Below, piece after piece: positions 27,801 to 42,800 of a stretch of 64,000 bases of DNA. This DNA is from Auanema rhodensis (Eukaryota > Animalia > Nematoda). The stretch spans positions 19,716,001 to 19,780,000 of the forward strand of contig OZ059898.1 in the NCBI GenBank assembly GCA_964057225.1. The letters are read 5' to 3'. The position numbers and the translations under genes were made by a program. Within the stretch, counting starts at the first letter, position 1, and the number at the start of each line of letters is the position of its first letter. The notes under the pieces are model-generated. The model was given only the letters and a program-made list of their open reading frames with translations. It made no database searches and had not been told where the DNA came from.

Positions 27801-30800
27801 TCGATCTGTTTGATCAGATTTGGGCTAGCTTAAAAATGCACCGAGATATCAACTGATATAAGTTCACACTTATATCCTCGATTTTCACCCTGAAGAATTA
27901 ATTTTTTCGTTGAATAACAATGTCCATCGTCTTTGCCTTGAAAAACGAAATCTGAAAACATCTACTTTTTGCTAAATTATTTTGAAATTTTTCGAAAAAA
28001 TTTTTGTCAAAATGTTTTTGGAAGCAATGTTGAGTGTACATGGAAACTCAACATACACTAATGCATCATTTTTCAAACAATCATAACTAATTTTTGTATT
28101 AAGCGTTTCTCAATGTAGAATAGTGCATTCGATGCAGTTTTTTAAGCTGCGTCGATCTGTGTTATCAGATTTGCGCTAGCTTAAAAATGCACCGAGATAT
28201 CAACTGATATAAGTTCACACTTATATCCTCGATTTTCACCCTGAAGAATTAATTTTTTCGTTGAATAACAATGTCCATCGTCTTTGCCTTGAAAAACGAA
28301 ATCTGAAAACATCTACTTTTTGCTAAATTATTTTGAAATTTTTCGAAAAAATTTTTGTCAAAATGTTTTTGGAAGCAATGTTGAGTGTACATGGAAACTC
28401 AACATACACTAATGCATCATTTTTCAAACAATCATAACTAATTTTTGTATTAAGCGTTTCTCAATGTAGAATAGTGCATTCGATGCAGTTTTGTAAGCTG
28501 CGTCGATCTGTTTGATCAGATTTGGGCTAGCTTAAAAATGCACCGAGATATCAACTGATATAAGTTCACACTTATATCCTCGATTTTCACCCTGAAGAAT
28601 TAATTTTTTCGTTGAATAACATTGTCCATCGTCTTTGCCTTGAAAAAAAAAATCTAAAAACATCTACTTTTTGCTAAATTATTTTGAAATTTTTCGAAAA
28701 AATTTTTGTCAAAATGTTTTTGGAAGCAATGTTGAGTGTACATGGAAACTCAACATACACTAATGCATCATTTTTCAAACAATCATAACTAATTTTTGTA
28801 TTAAGCGTTTCTCAATGTAGAATAGTGCATTCGATGCAGTTTTGTAAGCTGCGTCGATCTGTTTGATCAGATTTGGGCTAGCTTAAAAATGCACCGAGAT
28901 ATCAACTGATATAAGTTCACACTTATATCCTCGATTTTCACCCTGAAGAATTAATTTTTTCGTTGAATAACATTGTCCATCGTCTTTGCCTTGAAAAAAG
29001 GAATCTAAAAACATCTACTTTTTGCTAAATTATTCTGAAATTTTTCGAAAAAATTTTTGTCAAAATGTTTTTGGAAGCAATGTTGAGTGTACATGGAAAC
29101 TCAACATACACTAATGCATCATTTTTCAAACGATCATAACTAATTTTTGTATTAAGCGTTTCTCAATGTAGTAAAGTGCATTCGATGCGGATTTTTAAGC
29201 TGCGTCGATCTGTGTTATCAGATTTGCGCTAGCTTAAAAATGCACCGAGATATCAACTGATATAAGTTCACACTTATATCCTCGATTTTCACCCTGAAGA
29301 ATTAATTTTTTCGTTGAATAACAATGTCCATCGTCTTTGCCTTGAAAAACGAAATCTGAAAACATCTACTTTTTGCTAAATTATTTTGAAATTTTTCGAA
29401 AAAATTTTTGTCAAAATGTTTTTGGAAGCAATGTTGAGTGTACATGGAAACTCAACATACACTAATGCATCATTTTTCAAACAATCATAACTAATTTTTG
29501 TATTAAGCGTTTCTCAATGTAGAATAGTGCATTCGATGCAGTTTTGTAAGCTGCGTCGATCTGTTTGATCAGATTTGGGCTAGCTTAAAAATGCACCGAG
29601 ATATCAACTGATATAAGTTCACACTTATATCCTCGATTTTCACCCTGAAGAATTAATTTTTTCGTTGAATAACATTGTCCATCGTCTTTGCCTTGAAAAA
29701 AAAAATCTAAAAACATCTACTTTTTGCTAAATTATTTTGAAATTTTTCGAAAAAATTTTTGTCAAAATGTTTTTGGAAGCAATGTTGAGTGTACATGGAA
29801 ACTCAACATACACTAATGCATCATTTTTCAAACAATCATAACTAATTTTTGTATTAAGCGTTTCTCAATGTAGAATAGTGCATTCGATGCAGTTTTGTAA
29901 GCTGCGTCGATCTGTTTGATCAGATTTGGGCTAGCTTAAAAATGCACCGAGATATCAACTGATATAAGTTCACACTTATATCCTCGATTTTCACCCTGAA
30001 GAATTAATTTTTTCGTTGAATAACATTGTCCATCGTCTTTGCCTTGAAAAAAGGAATCTAAAAACATCTACTTTTTGCTAAATTATTCTGAAATTTTTCG
30101 AAAAAATTTTTGTCAAAATGTTTTTGGAAGCAATGTTGAGTGTACATGGAAACTCAACATACACTAATGCATCATTTTTCAAACGATCATAACTAATTTT
30201 TGTATTAAGCGTTTCTCAATGTAGTAAAGTGCATTCGATGCGGATTTTTAAGCTGCGTCGATCTGTGTTATCAGATTTGCGCTAGCTTAAAAATGCACCG
30301 AGATATCAACTGATATAAGTTCACACTTATATCCTCGATTTTCACCCTGAAGAATTAATTTTTTCGTTGAATAACAATGTCCATCGTCTTTGCCTTGAAA
30401 AACGAAATCTGAAAACATCTACTTTTTGCTAAATTATTTTGAAATTTTTCGAAAAAATTTTTGTCAAAATGTTTTTGGAAGCAATGTTGAGTGTACATGG
30501 AAACTCAACATACACTAATGCATCATTTTTCAAACAATCATAACTAATTTTTGTATTAAGCGTTTCTCAATGTAGAATAGTGCATTCGATGCGGATTTTT
30601 AAGCTGCGTCGATCTGTGTCATCAGATTTGGGCTAGCTTAAAAATGCACCGAGATATCAACTGATATAAGTTCACACTTATATCCTCGATTTTCACCCTG
30701 AAGAATTAATTTTTTCGTTGAATAACATTGTCCATCGTCTTTGCCTTGAAAAACGAAATCTGAAAACATCTACTTTTTGCTAAATTATCTTGAAATTTTT

Positions 30801-33800
30801 CGAAAAAATTTTTGTCAAAATGTTTTTGGAAGCAATGTTGAGTGTACATGGAAACTCAACATACACTAATGCATCATTTTTCAAACAATCATAACTAATT
30901 TTTGTATTAAGCGTTTTTCAATGTAGAATAGTGCATTCGATGCGGATTTTTAAGCTGCGTCGATCTGTGTTATCAGATTTGGGCTAGCTTAAAAATGCAC
31001 CGAGATATCAACTGATATAAGTTCACACTTATATCCTCGATTTTCACCCTGAAGAATTAATTTTTTCGTTGAATAACATTGTCCATCGTCTTTGCCTTGA
31101 AAAAAGGAATCTAAAAACATCTACTTTTTGCTAAATTATTCTGAAATTTTTCGAAAAAATTTTTGTCAAAATGTTTTTGGAAGCAATGTTGAGTGTACAT
31201 GGAAACTCAACATACACTAATGCATCATTTTTCAAACAATCATAACTAATTTTTGTATTAAGCGTTTCTCAATGTAGAATAGTGCATTCGATGCAGTTTT
31301 GTAAGCTGCGTCGATCTGTTTGATCAGATTTGGGCTAGCTTAAAAATGCACCGAGATATCAACTGATATAAGTTCACACTTATATCCTCGATTTTCACCC
31401 TGAAGAATTAATTTTTTCGTTGAATAACATTGTCCATCGTCTTTGCCTTGAAAAAAAAAATCTAAAAACATCTACTTTTTGCTAAATTATTTTGAAATTT
31501 TTCGAAAAAATTTTTGTCAAAATGTTTTTGGAAGCAATGTTGAGTGTACATGGAAACTCAACATACACTAATGCATCATTTTTCAAACAATCATAACTAA
31601 TTTTTGTATTAAGCGTTTCTCAATGTAGAATAGTGCATTCGATGCAGTTTTGTAAGCTGCGTCGATCTGTTTGATCAGATTTGGGCTAGCTTAAAAATGC
31701 ACCGAGATATCAACTGATATAAGTTCACACTTATATCCTCGATTTTCACCCTGAAGAATTAATTTTTTCGTTGAATAACATTGTCCATCGTCTTTGCCTT
31801 GAAAAACGAAATCTGAAAACTTCTACTTTTTGCTAAATTATTTTGAAATTTTTCGAAAAAATTTTTGTCAAAATGTTTTTGGAAGCAATGTTGAGTGTAC
31901 ATGGAAACTCAACATACACTAATGCATCATTTTTCAAACGATCACAACTAATTTTTGTATAAAGCGTTTCTCAATGTCGTATAGTGCATTCGATGCAGAT
32001 TTGTAAGCTGCGTCGATCTGTGTTATCAGATTTGCGCTAGCTTAAAAATGCACCGAGATATCAACTGATATAAGTTCACACTTATATCCTCGATTTTCAC
32101 CCTGAAGAATTAATTTTTTCGTTGAATAACATTGTCCATCGTCTTTGCCTTGAAAAAAGGAATCTAAAAACATCTACTTTTTGCTAAATTATTCTGAAAT
32201 TTTTCGAAAAAATTTTTGTCAAAATGTTTTTGGAAGCAATGTTGAGTGTACATGGAAACTCAACATACACTAATGCATCATTTTTCAAACAATCATAACT
32301 AATTTTTGTATTAAGCGTTTCTCAATGTAGAATAGTGCATTCGATGCAGTTTTGTAAGCTGCGTCGATCTGTTTGATCAGATTTGGGCTAGCTTAAAAAT
32401 GCACCGAGATATCAACTGATATAAGTTCACACTTATATCCTCGATTTTCACCCTGAAGAATTAATTTTTTCGTTGAATAACATTGTCCATCGTCTTTGCC
32501 TTGAAAAAAAAAATCTAAAAACATCTACTTTTTGCTAAATTATTTTGAAATTTTTCGAAAAAATTTTTGTCAAAATGTTTTTGGAAGCAATGTTGAGTGT
32601 ACATGGAAACTCAACATACACTAATGCATCATTTTTCAAACAATCATAACTAATTTTTGTATTAAGCGTTTCTCAATGTAGAATAGTGCATTCGATGCAG
32701 TTTTGTAAGCTGCGTCGATCTGTTTGATCAGATTTGGGCTAGCTTAAAAATGCACCGAGATATCAACTGATATAAGTTCACACTTATATCCTCGATTTTC
32801 ACCCTGAAGAATTAATTTTTTCGTTGAATAACATTGTCCATCGTCTTTGCCTTGAAAAACGAAATCTGAAAACTTCTACTTTTTGCTAAATTATTTTGAA
32901 ATTTTTCGAAAAAATTTTTGTCAAAATGTTTTTGGAAGCAATGTTGAGTGTACATGGAAACTCAACATACACTAATGCATCATTTTTCAAACGATCACAA
33001 CTAATTTTTGTATAAAGCGTTTCTCAATGTCGTATAGTGCATTCGATGCAGATTTGTAAGCTGCGTCGATCTGTGTTATCAGATTTGCGCTAGCTTAAAA
33101 ATGCACCGAGATATCAACTGATATAAGTTCACACTTATATCCTCGATTTTCACCCTGAAGAATTAATTTTTTCGTTGAATAACATTAGCCATCGTCTTTG
33201 CCTTATAAAAAGGAATCTAAAAACATTTACTTTTTGCTAAATTATTTTGAAATTTTTCGAAAAAATTTTTGCCAAAATGTTTTTGGAAGCAATGTTGAGT
33301 GTACATGGAAACTCAACATACACTAATGCATTATTTTTCAAACGATCATAACTAATTTTTGTATTAAGCGTTTCTCAATGTAGTATAGTGCATTCGATGC
33401 GGATTTTTAAGCTGCGTCGATCTGTGTTATCAGATTTGCGCTAGCTTAAAAATGCACCGAGACATCAACTGATATAAGTTCACACTTATATCCTCGATTT
33501 TCACCCTGAAGAAATAATTTTTTCGTTGAATAACATTGTCCATCGTCTTTGCCTTGAAAAAAAAAATCTAAAAACATCTACTTTTTGCTAAATTATTTTG
33601 AAATTTTTCGAAAAAATTTTTGTCAAAATGTTTTTGGAAGCAATGTTGAGTGTACATGGAAACTCAACATACACTAATGCATCATTTTTCAAACAATCAT
33701 AACTAATTTTTGTATTAAGCGTTTCTCAATGTAGAATAGTGCATTCGATGCAGTTTTGTAAGCTGCGTCGATCTGTTTGATCAGATTTGGGCTAGCTTAA

Positions 33801-36800
33801 AAATGCACCGAGATATCAACTGATATAAGTTCACACTTATATCCTCGATTTTCACCCTGAAGAATTAATTTTTTCGTTGAATAACATTGTCCATCGTCTT
33901 TGCCTTGAAAAAAAAAATCTAAAAACATCTACTTTTTGCTAAATTATTTTGAAATTTTTCGAAAAAATTTTTGTCAAAATGTTTTTGGAAGCAATGTTGA
34001 GTGTACATGGAAACTCAACATACACTAATGCATCATTTTTCAAACAATCATAACTAATTTTTGTATTAAGCGTTTCTCAATGTAGAATAGTGCATTCGAT
34101 GCAGTTTTGTAAGCTGCGTCGATCTGTTTGATCAGATTTGGGCTAGCTTAAAAATGCACCGAGATATCAACTGATATAAGTTCACACTTATATCCTCGAT
34201 TTTCACCCTGAAGAATTAATTTTTTCGTTGAATAACATTGTCCATCGTCTTTGCCTTGAAAAAAAAAATCTAAAAACATCTACTTTTTGCTAAATTATTT
34301 TGAAATTTTTCGAAAAAATTTTTGTCAAAATGTTTTTGGAAGCAATGTTGAGTGTACATGGAAACTCAACATACACTAATGCATCATTTTTCAAACAATC
34401 ATAACTAATTTTTGTATTAAGCGTTTCTCAATCTAGAATAGTGCATTCGATGCAGTTTTGTAAGCTGCGTCGATCTGTTTGATCAGATTTGGGCTAGCTT
34501 AAAAATGCACCGAGATATCAACTGATATAAGTTCACACTTATATCCTCGATTTTCACCCTGAAGAATTAATTTTTTCGTTGAATAACATTGTCCATCGTC
34601 TTTGCCTTGAAAAACGAAATCTGAAAACTTCTACTTTTTGCTAAATTATTTTGAAATTTTTCGAAAAAATTTTTGTCAAAATGTTTTTGGAAGCAATGTT
34701 GAGTGTACATGGAAACTCAACATACACTAATGCATCATTTTTCAAACGATCACAACTAATTTTTGTATAAAGCGTTTCTCAATGTCGTATAGTGCATTCG
34801 ATGCAGATTTGTAAGCTGCGTCGATCTGTGTTATCAGATTTGCGCTAGCTTAAAAATGCACCGAGATATCAACTGATATAAGTTCACACTTATATCCTCG
34901 ATTTTCACCCTGAAGAATTAATTTTTTCGTTGAATAACATTAGCCATCGTCTTTGCCTTATAAAAAGGAATCTAAAAACATTTACTTTTTGCTAAATTAT
35001 TTTGAAATTTTTCGAAAAAATTTTTGTCAAAATGTTTTTGGAAGCAATGTTGAGTGTACATGGAAACTCAACATACACTAATGCATTATTTTTCAAACGA
35101 TCATAACTAATTTTTGTATTAAGCGTTTCTCAATGTAGTATAGTGCATTCGATGCGGATTTTTAAGCTGCGTCGATCTGTTTGATCAGATTTGGGCTAGC
35201 TTAAAAATGCACCGAGATATCAACTGATATAAGTTCACACTTATATCCTCGATTTTCACCCTGAAGAAATAATTTTTTCGTTGAATAACATTGTCCATCG
35301 TCTTTGCCTTGAAAAAAAAAATCTAAAAACATCTACTTTTTGCTAAATTATTTTGAAATTTTTCGAAAAAATTTTTGTCAAAATGTTTTTGGAAGCAATG
35401 TTGAGTGTACATGGAAACTCAACATACACTAATGCATCATTTTTCAAACAATCATAACTAATTTTTGTATTAAGCGTTTCTCAATGTAGAATAGTGCATT
35501 CGATGCAGTTTTGTAAGCTGCGTCGATCTGTTTGATCAGATTTGGGCTAGCTTAAAAATGCACCGAGATATCAACTGATATAAGTTCACACTTATATCCT
35601 CGATTTTCACCCTGAAGAATTAATTTTTTCGTTGAATAACATTGTCCATCGTCTTTGCCTTGAAAAACGAAATCTGAAAACTTCTACTTTTTGCTAAATT
35701 ATTTTGAAATTTTTCGAAAAAATTTTTGTCAAAATGTTTTTGGAAGCAATGTTGAGTGTACATGGAAACTCAACATACACTAATGCATCATTTTTCAAAC
35801 GATCACAACTAATTTTTGTATAAAGCGTTTCTCAATGTCGTATAGTGCATTCGATGCAGATTTGTAAGCTGCGTCGATCTGTGTTATCAGATTTGCGCTA
35901 GCTTAAAAATGCACCGAGATATCAACTGATATAAGTTCACACTTATATCCTCGATTTTCACCCTGAAGAATTAATTTTTTCGTTGAATAACAATGTCCAT
36001 CGTCTTTGCCTTGAAAAACGAAATCTGAAAACATCTACTTTTTGCTAAATTATTTTGAAATTTTTCGAAAAAATTTTTGTCAAAATGTTTTTGGAAGCAA
36101 TGTTGAGTGTACATGGAAACTCAACATACACTAATGCATTATTTTTCAAACGATCATAACTAATTTTTGTATTAAGCGTTTCTCAATGTAGTATAGTGCA
36201 TTCGATGCGGATTTTTAAGCTGCGTCGATCTGTGTCATCAGATTTGGGCTAGCTTAAAAATGCACCGAGATATCAACTGATATAAGTTCACACTTATATC
36301 CTCGATTTTCACCCTGAAGAATTAATTTTTTCGTTGAATAACATTGTCCATCGTCTTTGCCTTGAAAAACGAAATCTGAAAACATCTACTTTTTGCTAAA
36401 TTATCTTGAAATTTTTCGAAAAAATTTTTGTCAAAATGTTTTTGGAAGCAATGTTGAGTGTACATGGAAACTCAACATACACTAATGCATCATTTTTCAA
36501 ACAATCATAACTAATTTTTGTATTAAGCGTTTTTCAATGTAGAATAGTGCATTCGATGCGGATTTTTAAGCTGCGTCGATCTGTGTTATCAGATTTGGGC
36601 TAGCTTAAAAATGCACCGAGATATCAACTGATATAAGTTCACACTTATATCCTCGATTTTCACCCTGAAGAATTAATTTTTTCGTTGAATAACATTGTCC
36701 ATCGTCTTTGCCTTGAAAAAAGGAATCTAAAAACATCTACTTTTTGCTAAATTATTCTGAAATTTTTCGAAAAAATTTTTGTCAAAATGTTTTTGGAAGC

Positions 36801-36853
36801 AATGTTGAGTGTACATGGAAACTCAACATACACTAATGCATCATTTTTCAAAC
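9827..36853. repeat. Domain 2: mainly 4-monomer (1404-bp) HOR S-P-Q-R, with 3-mer and 2-mer deletion variants and a P-T-U trimer
   Basis: S = gagac/aaataa/A10. P = gcagttttgt/tgtttgatc/tttgggc/A10. Q = P front plus aacgaaatctgaaaactt. R = gatcac/tgtcgt/attagcc/cttataa/ttgccaa. R starts at 11231, 12635, 14039 (1404 apart), then 15092, 16145 (1053 apart). Confidence 0.9.
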
Positions 36854-39800
36854 GATCATAACTAATTTTTGTATTAAGCGTTTCTCAATGTAGTATAGTG
36901 CATTCGATGCGGATTTTTAAGCTGCGTCGATCTGTGTTATCAGATTTGCGCTAGCTTAAAAATGCACCGAGACATCAACTGATATAAGTTCACACTTATA
37001 TCCTCGATTTTCTCCCTGAAGAATTAATTTTTCGTTGAATAACATTGTCCATCGTCTTTGCCTTGAAAAAAGGAATCTAAAAACATCTACTTTTTGCTAA
37101 ATTATTTCGAAATTTTTCGAAAAAATTTTTGTCAAAATGTTTTTGGAAGCAATGTTGAGTGTACATGGAAACTCAACATACACTAATGCATCATTTTTCA
37201 AACGATCATAACTAATTTTTGTATTAAGCGTTTTTCAATGTAGTATAGTGCATTCGATGCGGAATTTTAAGCTGCGTCGATCTGTGTTATCAGATTTGCG
37301 CTAGCTTAAAAATGCACCGAGACATCAACTGATATAAGTTCACACTTATATCCTCGATTTTCACACTGAAGAATTTATTTTTTCGTTGAATAACATTGTC
37401 CATCGTCTTTGCCTTGAAAAAAGGAATCTGAAAACATCTACTTTCTGCTAAATTATTCTGAAATTTTTCGAAAAAATTTTTGTCAAAATGTTTTTGGAAG
37501 CAATGTTGAGTGTACATGGAAACTCAACATACACTAATGCATCATTTTTCAAACGATCATAACTAATTTCTGTATTAAGCGTTTCTCAATGTAGTATAGT
37601 GCATTTGATGCGGATTTTTAAGCTGCGTCGATCTGTGTTATCAGATTTGCGCTAGCTTGAAAATGCACCGAGATATCAACTGATATAAGTTCACACTTAT
37701 ATCCTCGATTTTCACCCTGAAGAATTAATTTTTTCGTTGAATAACATTGTCCATCGTCTTTGCCTTGAAAAACGGAATCTGAAAACATCTACTTTTTGCT
37801 AAATTATTTTGAAATTTTTCGAAAAAATTTTTGTCAAAATGTTTTTGGAAGCAATGCTGAGTGTACATGGAAACTCAACATACACTAATGCATCATTTTT
37901 CAAACGATCATAACTAATTTTTGTATTAAGCGTTTCTCAATGTAGTATAGTGCATTCGATGCGGATTTTTAAGCTGCGTCGATCTGTGTTATCAGATTTG
38001 CGCTAGCTTAAAAATGCACCGAGATATCAACTGATATAAGTTCACACTCATATCCTCGATTTTCACCCTGAAGAATTAATTTTTTCGTTGAATAACATTG
38101 TTCATCGTCTTTGCCTTGAAAAAAGGAATCTAAAAACATCTACTTTTTGCTAAATTATTTTGAAATTTTTCGAAAAAATTTTTGTCAAAATGTTTTTGGA
38201 AGCAATGTTGAGTGTACATGGAAACTCAACATACACTAATGCATCATTTTTTAAACGATCATAACTAATTTTTGTATTAAGCGTTTCTCAATGTAGTATA
38301 GTGCATTCGATGCGGATTTTTAAGCTGCGTCGATCTGTGTTATCGGATTTGCGCTAGCTTAAAAATGCACCGAGACATCAACTGATATAAGTTCACACTT
38401 ATATCCTCGATTTTCTCCCTGAAGAATTAATTTTTCGTTGAATAACATTGTCCATCGTCTTTGCCTTGAAAAAAGGAATCTAAAAACATCTACTTTTTGC
38501 TAAATTATTTCGAAATTTTTCGAAAAAATTTTTGTCAAAATGTTTTTGGAAGCAATGTTGAGTGTACATGGAAACTCAACATACACTAATGCATCATTTT
38601 TCAAACGATCATAACTAATTTTTGTATTAAGCGTTTTTCAATGTAGTATAGTGCATTCGATGCGGAATTTTAAGCTGCGTCGATCTGTGTTATCAGATTT
38701 GCGCTAGCTTAAAAATGCACCGAGACATCAACTGATATAAGTTCACACTTATATCCTCGATTTTCACCCTGAAGAATTTATTTTTTCGTTGAATAACATT
38801 GTCCATCGTCTTTGCCTTGAAAAAAGGAATCTGAAAACATCTACTTTCTGCTAAATTATTCTGAAATTTTTCGAAAAAATTTTTGTCAAAATGTTTTTGG
38901 AAGCAATGTTGAGTGTACATGGAAACTCAACATACACTAATGCATCATTTTTCAAACGATCATAACTAATTTCTGTATTAAGCGTTTCTCAATGTAGTAT
39001 AGTGCATTTGATGCGGATTTTTAAGCTGCGTCGATCTGTGTTATCAGATTTGCGCTAGCTTGAAAATGCACCGAGATATCAACTGATATAAGTTCACACT
39101 TATATCCTCGATTTTCACCCTGAAGAATTAATTTTTTCGTTGAATAACATTGTCCATCGTCTTTGCCTTGAAAAACGGAATCTGAAAACATCTACTTTTT
39201 GCTAAATTATTTTGAAATTTTTCGAAAAAATTTTTGTCAAAATGTTTTTGGAAGCAATGTTGAGTGTACATGGAAACTCAACATACACTAATGCATCATT
39301 TTTCAAACGATCATAACTAATTTCTGTATTAAGCGTTTCTCAATGTAGTATAGTGCATTTGATGCGGATTTTTAAGCTGCGTCGATCTGTGTTATCAGAT
39401 TTGCGCTAGCTTGAAAATGCACCGAGATATCAACTGATATAAGTTCACACTTATATCCTCGATTTTCACCCTGAAGAATTAATTTTTTCGTTGAATAACA
39501 TTGTCCATCGTCTTTGCCTTGAAAAACGGAATCTGAAAACATCTACTTTTTGCTAAATTATTTCGAAATTTTTCGAAAAAATTTTTGTCAAAATGTTTTT
39601 GGAAGCAATGCTGAGTGTACATGGAAACTCAACATACACTAATGCATCATTTTTCAAACGATCATAACTAATTTTTGTATTAAGCGTTTCTCAATGTAGT
39701 ATAGTGCATTCGATGCGGATTTTTAAGCTGCGTCGATCTGTGTTATCAGATTTGCGCTAGCTTAAAAATGCACCGAGATATCAACTGATATAAGTTCACA

Positions 39801-42800
39801 CTCATATCCTCGATTTTCACCCTGAAGAATTAATTTTTTCGTTGAATAACATTGTTCATCGTCTTTGCCTTGAAAAAAGGAATCTAAAAACATCTACTTT
39901 TTGCTAAATTATTTTGAAATTTTTCGAAAAAATTTTTGTCAAAATGTTTTTGGAAGCAATGTTGAGTGTACATGGAAACTCAACATACACTAATGCATCA
40001 TTTTTTAAACGATCATAACTAATTTTTGTATTAAGCGTTTCTCAATGTAGTATAGTGCATTCGATGCGGATTTTTAAGCTGCGTCGATCTGTGTTATCGG
40101 ATTTTCGCTAGCTTAAAAATGCACCGAGATATCAACTGATATAAGTTCACACTTATATCCTCGATTTTCACCCTGAAGAATTAATTTTTTCGTTGAATAA
40201 CATTGTCCATCGTCTTTGCCTTGAAAAACGGAATCTGAAAACATCTACTTTTTGCTAAATTATTTTGAAATTTTTCGAAAAAATTTTTGTCAAAATGTTT
40301 TTGGAAGCAATGTTGAGTGTACATGGAAACTCAACATACACTAATGCATCATTTTTCAAACGATCATAACTAATTTTTGTATTAAGCGTTTCTCAATGTA
40401 GTATAGTGCATTCGATGCGGATTTTTAAGCTGCGTCGATCTGTGTTATCGGATTTTCGCTAGCTTAAAAATGCACCGAGATATCAACTGATATAAGTTCA
40501 CACTTATATCCTCGATTTTCACCCTGAAGAATTAATTTTTTCGTTGAATAACATTGTCCATCGTCTTTGCCTTGAAAAACGGAATCTGAAAACATCTACT
40601 TTTTGCTAAATTATTTTGAAATTTTTCGAAAAAATTTTTGTCAAAATGTTTTTGGAAGCAAGGTTGAGTGTACTTGGAAACTCAACATACACTAATGCAT
40701 TATTTTTCAAACGATCATAACTAATTTTTGTATTAAGCGTTTCTCAATGTAGTATAGTGCATTCGATGCAGATTTTCAAGCTGCGTCGATCTGTGTTATC
40801 AGATTTGCGCTAGCTTAAAAATGCACCGAGATATCAACTGATATAAGTTCCCACTTATATCCTCGATTTTCACCCTGAAGAATTAATTTTTTCGTTGAAT
40901 AACATTGTCCATCGTCTTTGCCTTGAAAAACGGAATCTGAAAACATCTACTTTTTGCTAAATTATTTTGAAATTTTTCGAAAAAATTTTTGTCAAAATGT
41001 TTTTGGAAGCAAGGTTGAGTGTACTTGGAAACTCAACATACACTAATGCATCATTTTTCAAACGATCATAACTAATTTTTGTATTAAGTGTTTCTCAATG
41101 TAGTATAGTGCATTCGATGCGGATTTTTAAGCTGCGTCGATCTGTGTTATCAGATTTGCGCTAGCTTAAAAATGCACCGAGATATCAACTGATATAAGTT
41201 CACACTCATATCCTCGATTTTCACCCTGAAGAATTAATTTTTTCGTTGAATAACATTGTTCATCGTCTTTGCCTTGAAAAAAGGAATCTAAAAACATCTA
41301 CTTTTTGCTAAATTATTTTGAAATTTTTCGAAAAAATTTTTGTCAAAATGTTTTTGGAAGCAATGTTGAGTGTACATGGAAACTCAACATACACTAATGC
41401 ATCATTTTTTAAACGATCATAACTAATTTTTGTATTAAGCGTTTCTCAATGTAGTTTAGTGCATTCGATGCGGATTTTTAAGCTGCGTCGATCTGTGTTA
41501 TCGGATTTTCGCTAGCTTAAAAATGCACCGAGATATCAACTGATATAAGTTCACACTTATATCCTCGATTTTCACCCTGAAGAATTAATTTTTTCGTTGA
41601 ATAACATTGTCCATCGTCTTTGCCTTGAAAAACGGAATCTGAAAACATCTACTTTTTGCTAAATTATTTTGAAATTTTTCGAAAAAATTTTTGTCAAAAT
41701 GTTTTTGGAAGCAATGTTGAGTGTACATGGAAACTCAACATACACTAATGCATCATTTTTCAAACGATCATAACTAATTTTTGTATTAAGCGTTTCTCAA
41801 TGTAGTATAGTGCATTCGATGCGGATTTTTAAGCTGCGTCGATCTGTGTTATCGGATTTTCGCTAGCTTAAAAATGCACCGAGATATCAACTGATATAAG
41901 TTCACACTTATATCCTCGATTTTCACCCTGAAGAATTAATTTTTTCGTTGAATAACATTGTCCATCGTCTTTGCCTTGAAAAACGGAATCTGAAAACATC
42001 TACTTTTTGCTAAATTATTTTGAAATTTTTCGAAAAAATTTTTGTCAAAATGTTTTTGGAAGCAAGGTTGAGTGTACTTGGAAACTCAACATACACTAAT
42101 GCATTATTTTTCAAACGATCATAACTAATTTTTGTATTAAGCGTTTCTCAATGTAGTATAGTGCATTCGATGCAGATTTTCAAGCTGCGTCGATCTGTGT
42201 TATCAGATTTGCGCTAGCTTAAAAATGCACCGAGATATCAACTGATATAAGTTCACACTTATATCCTCGATTTTCACCCTGAAGAATTAATTTTTTCGTT
42301 GAATAACATTGTCCATCGTCTTTGCCTTAAAAAAAGGAATCTAAAAACATCTACTTTTTGCTAAATTATTTTGAAATTTTTCGAAAAAATTTTTGTCAAA
42401 ATGTTTTTGGAAGCAATGTTGAGTGTACATGGAAACTCAACATACACTAATGCATCATTTTTTAAACGATCATAACTAATTTTTGTATTGAGCGTTTCTC
42501 AATGTAGTATAGTGCATTCGATGCGGATTTTTAAGCTGCGTCGATCTGTGTTATCGGATTTTCGCTAGCTTAAAAATGCACCGAGATATCAACTGATATA
42601 AGTTCACACTTATATCCTCGATTTTCACCCTGAAGAATTAATTTTTTCGTTGAATAACATTGTCCATCGTTTTTGCCTTGAAAAACGAAATCTGAAAACA
42701 TCTACTTTTTGCTAAATTATTTTGAAATTTTTCGAAAAAATTTTTGTCAAAATGTTTTTGGAAGCAATGTTGAGTGTACATGGAAACTCAACATAAACTA

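Noticed and set aside
37290-38920. Two more copies of the 75-aa ORF
   Set aside because: Same cause (tctga plus aattta). They are duplicated as part of the local 4-mer.
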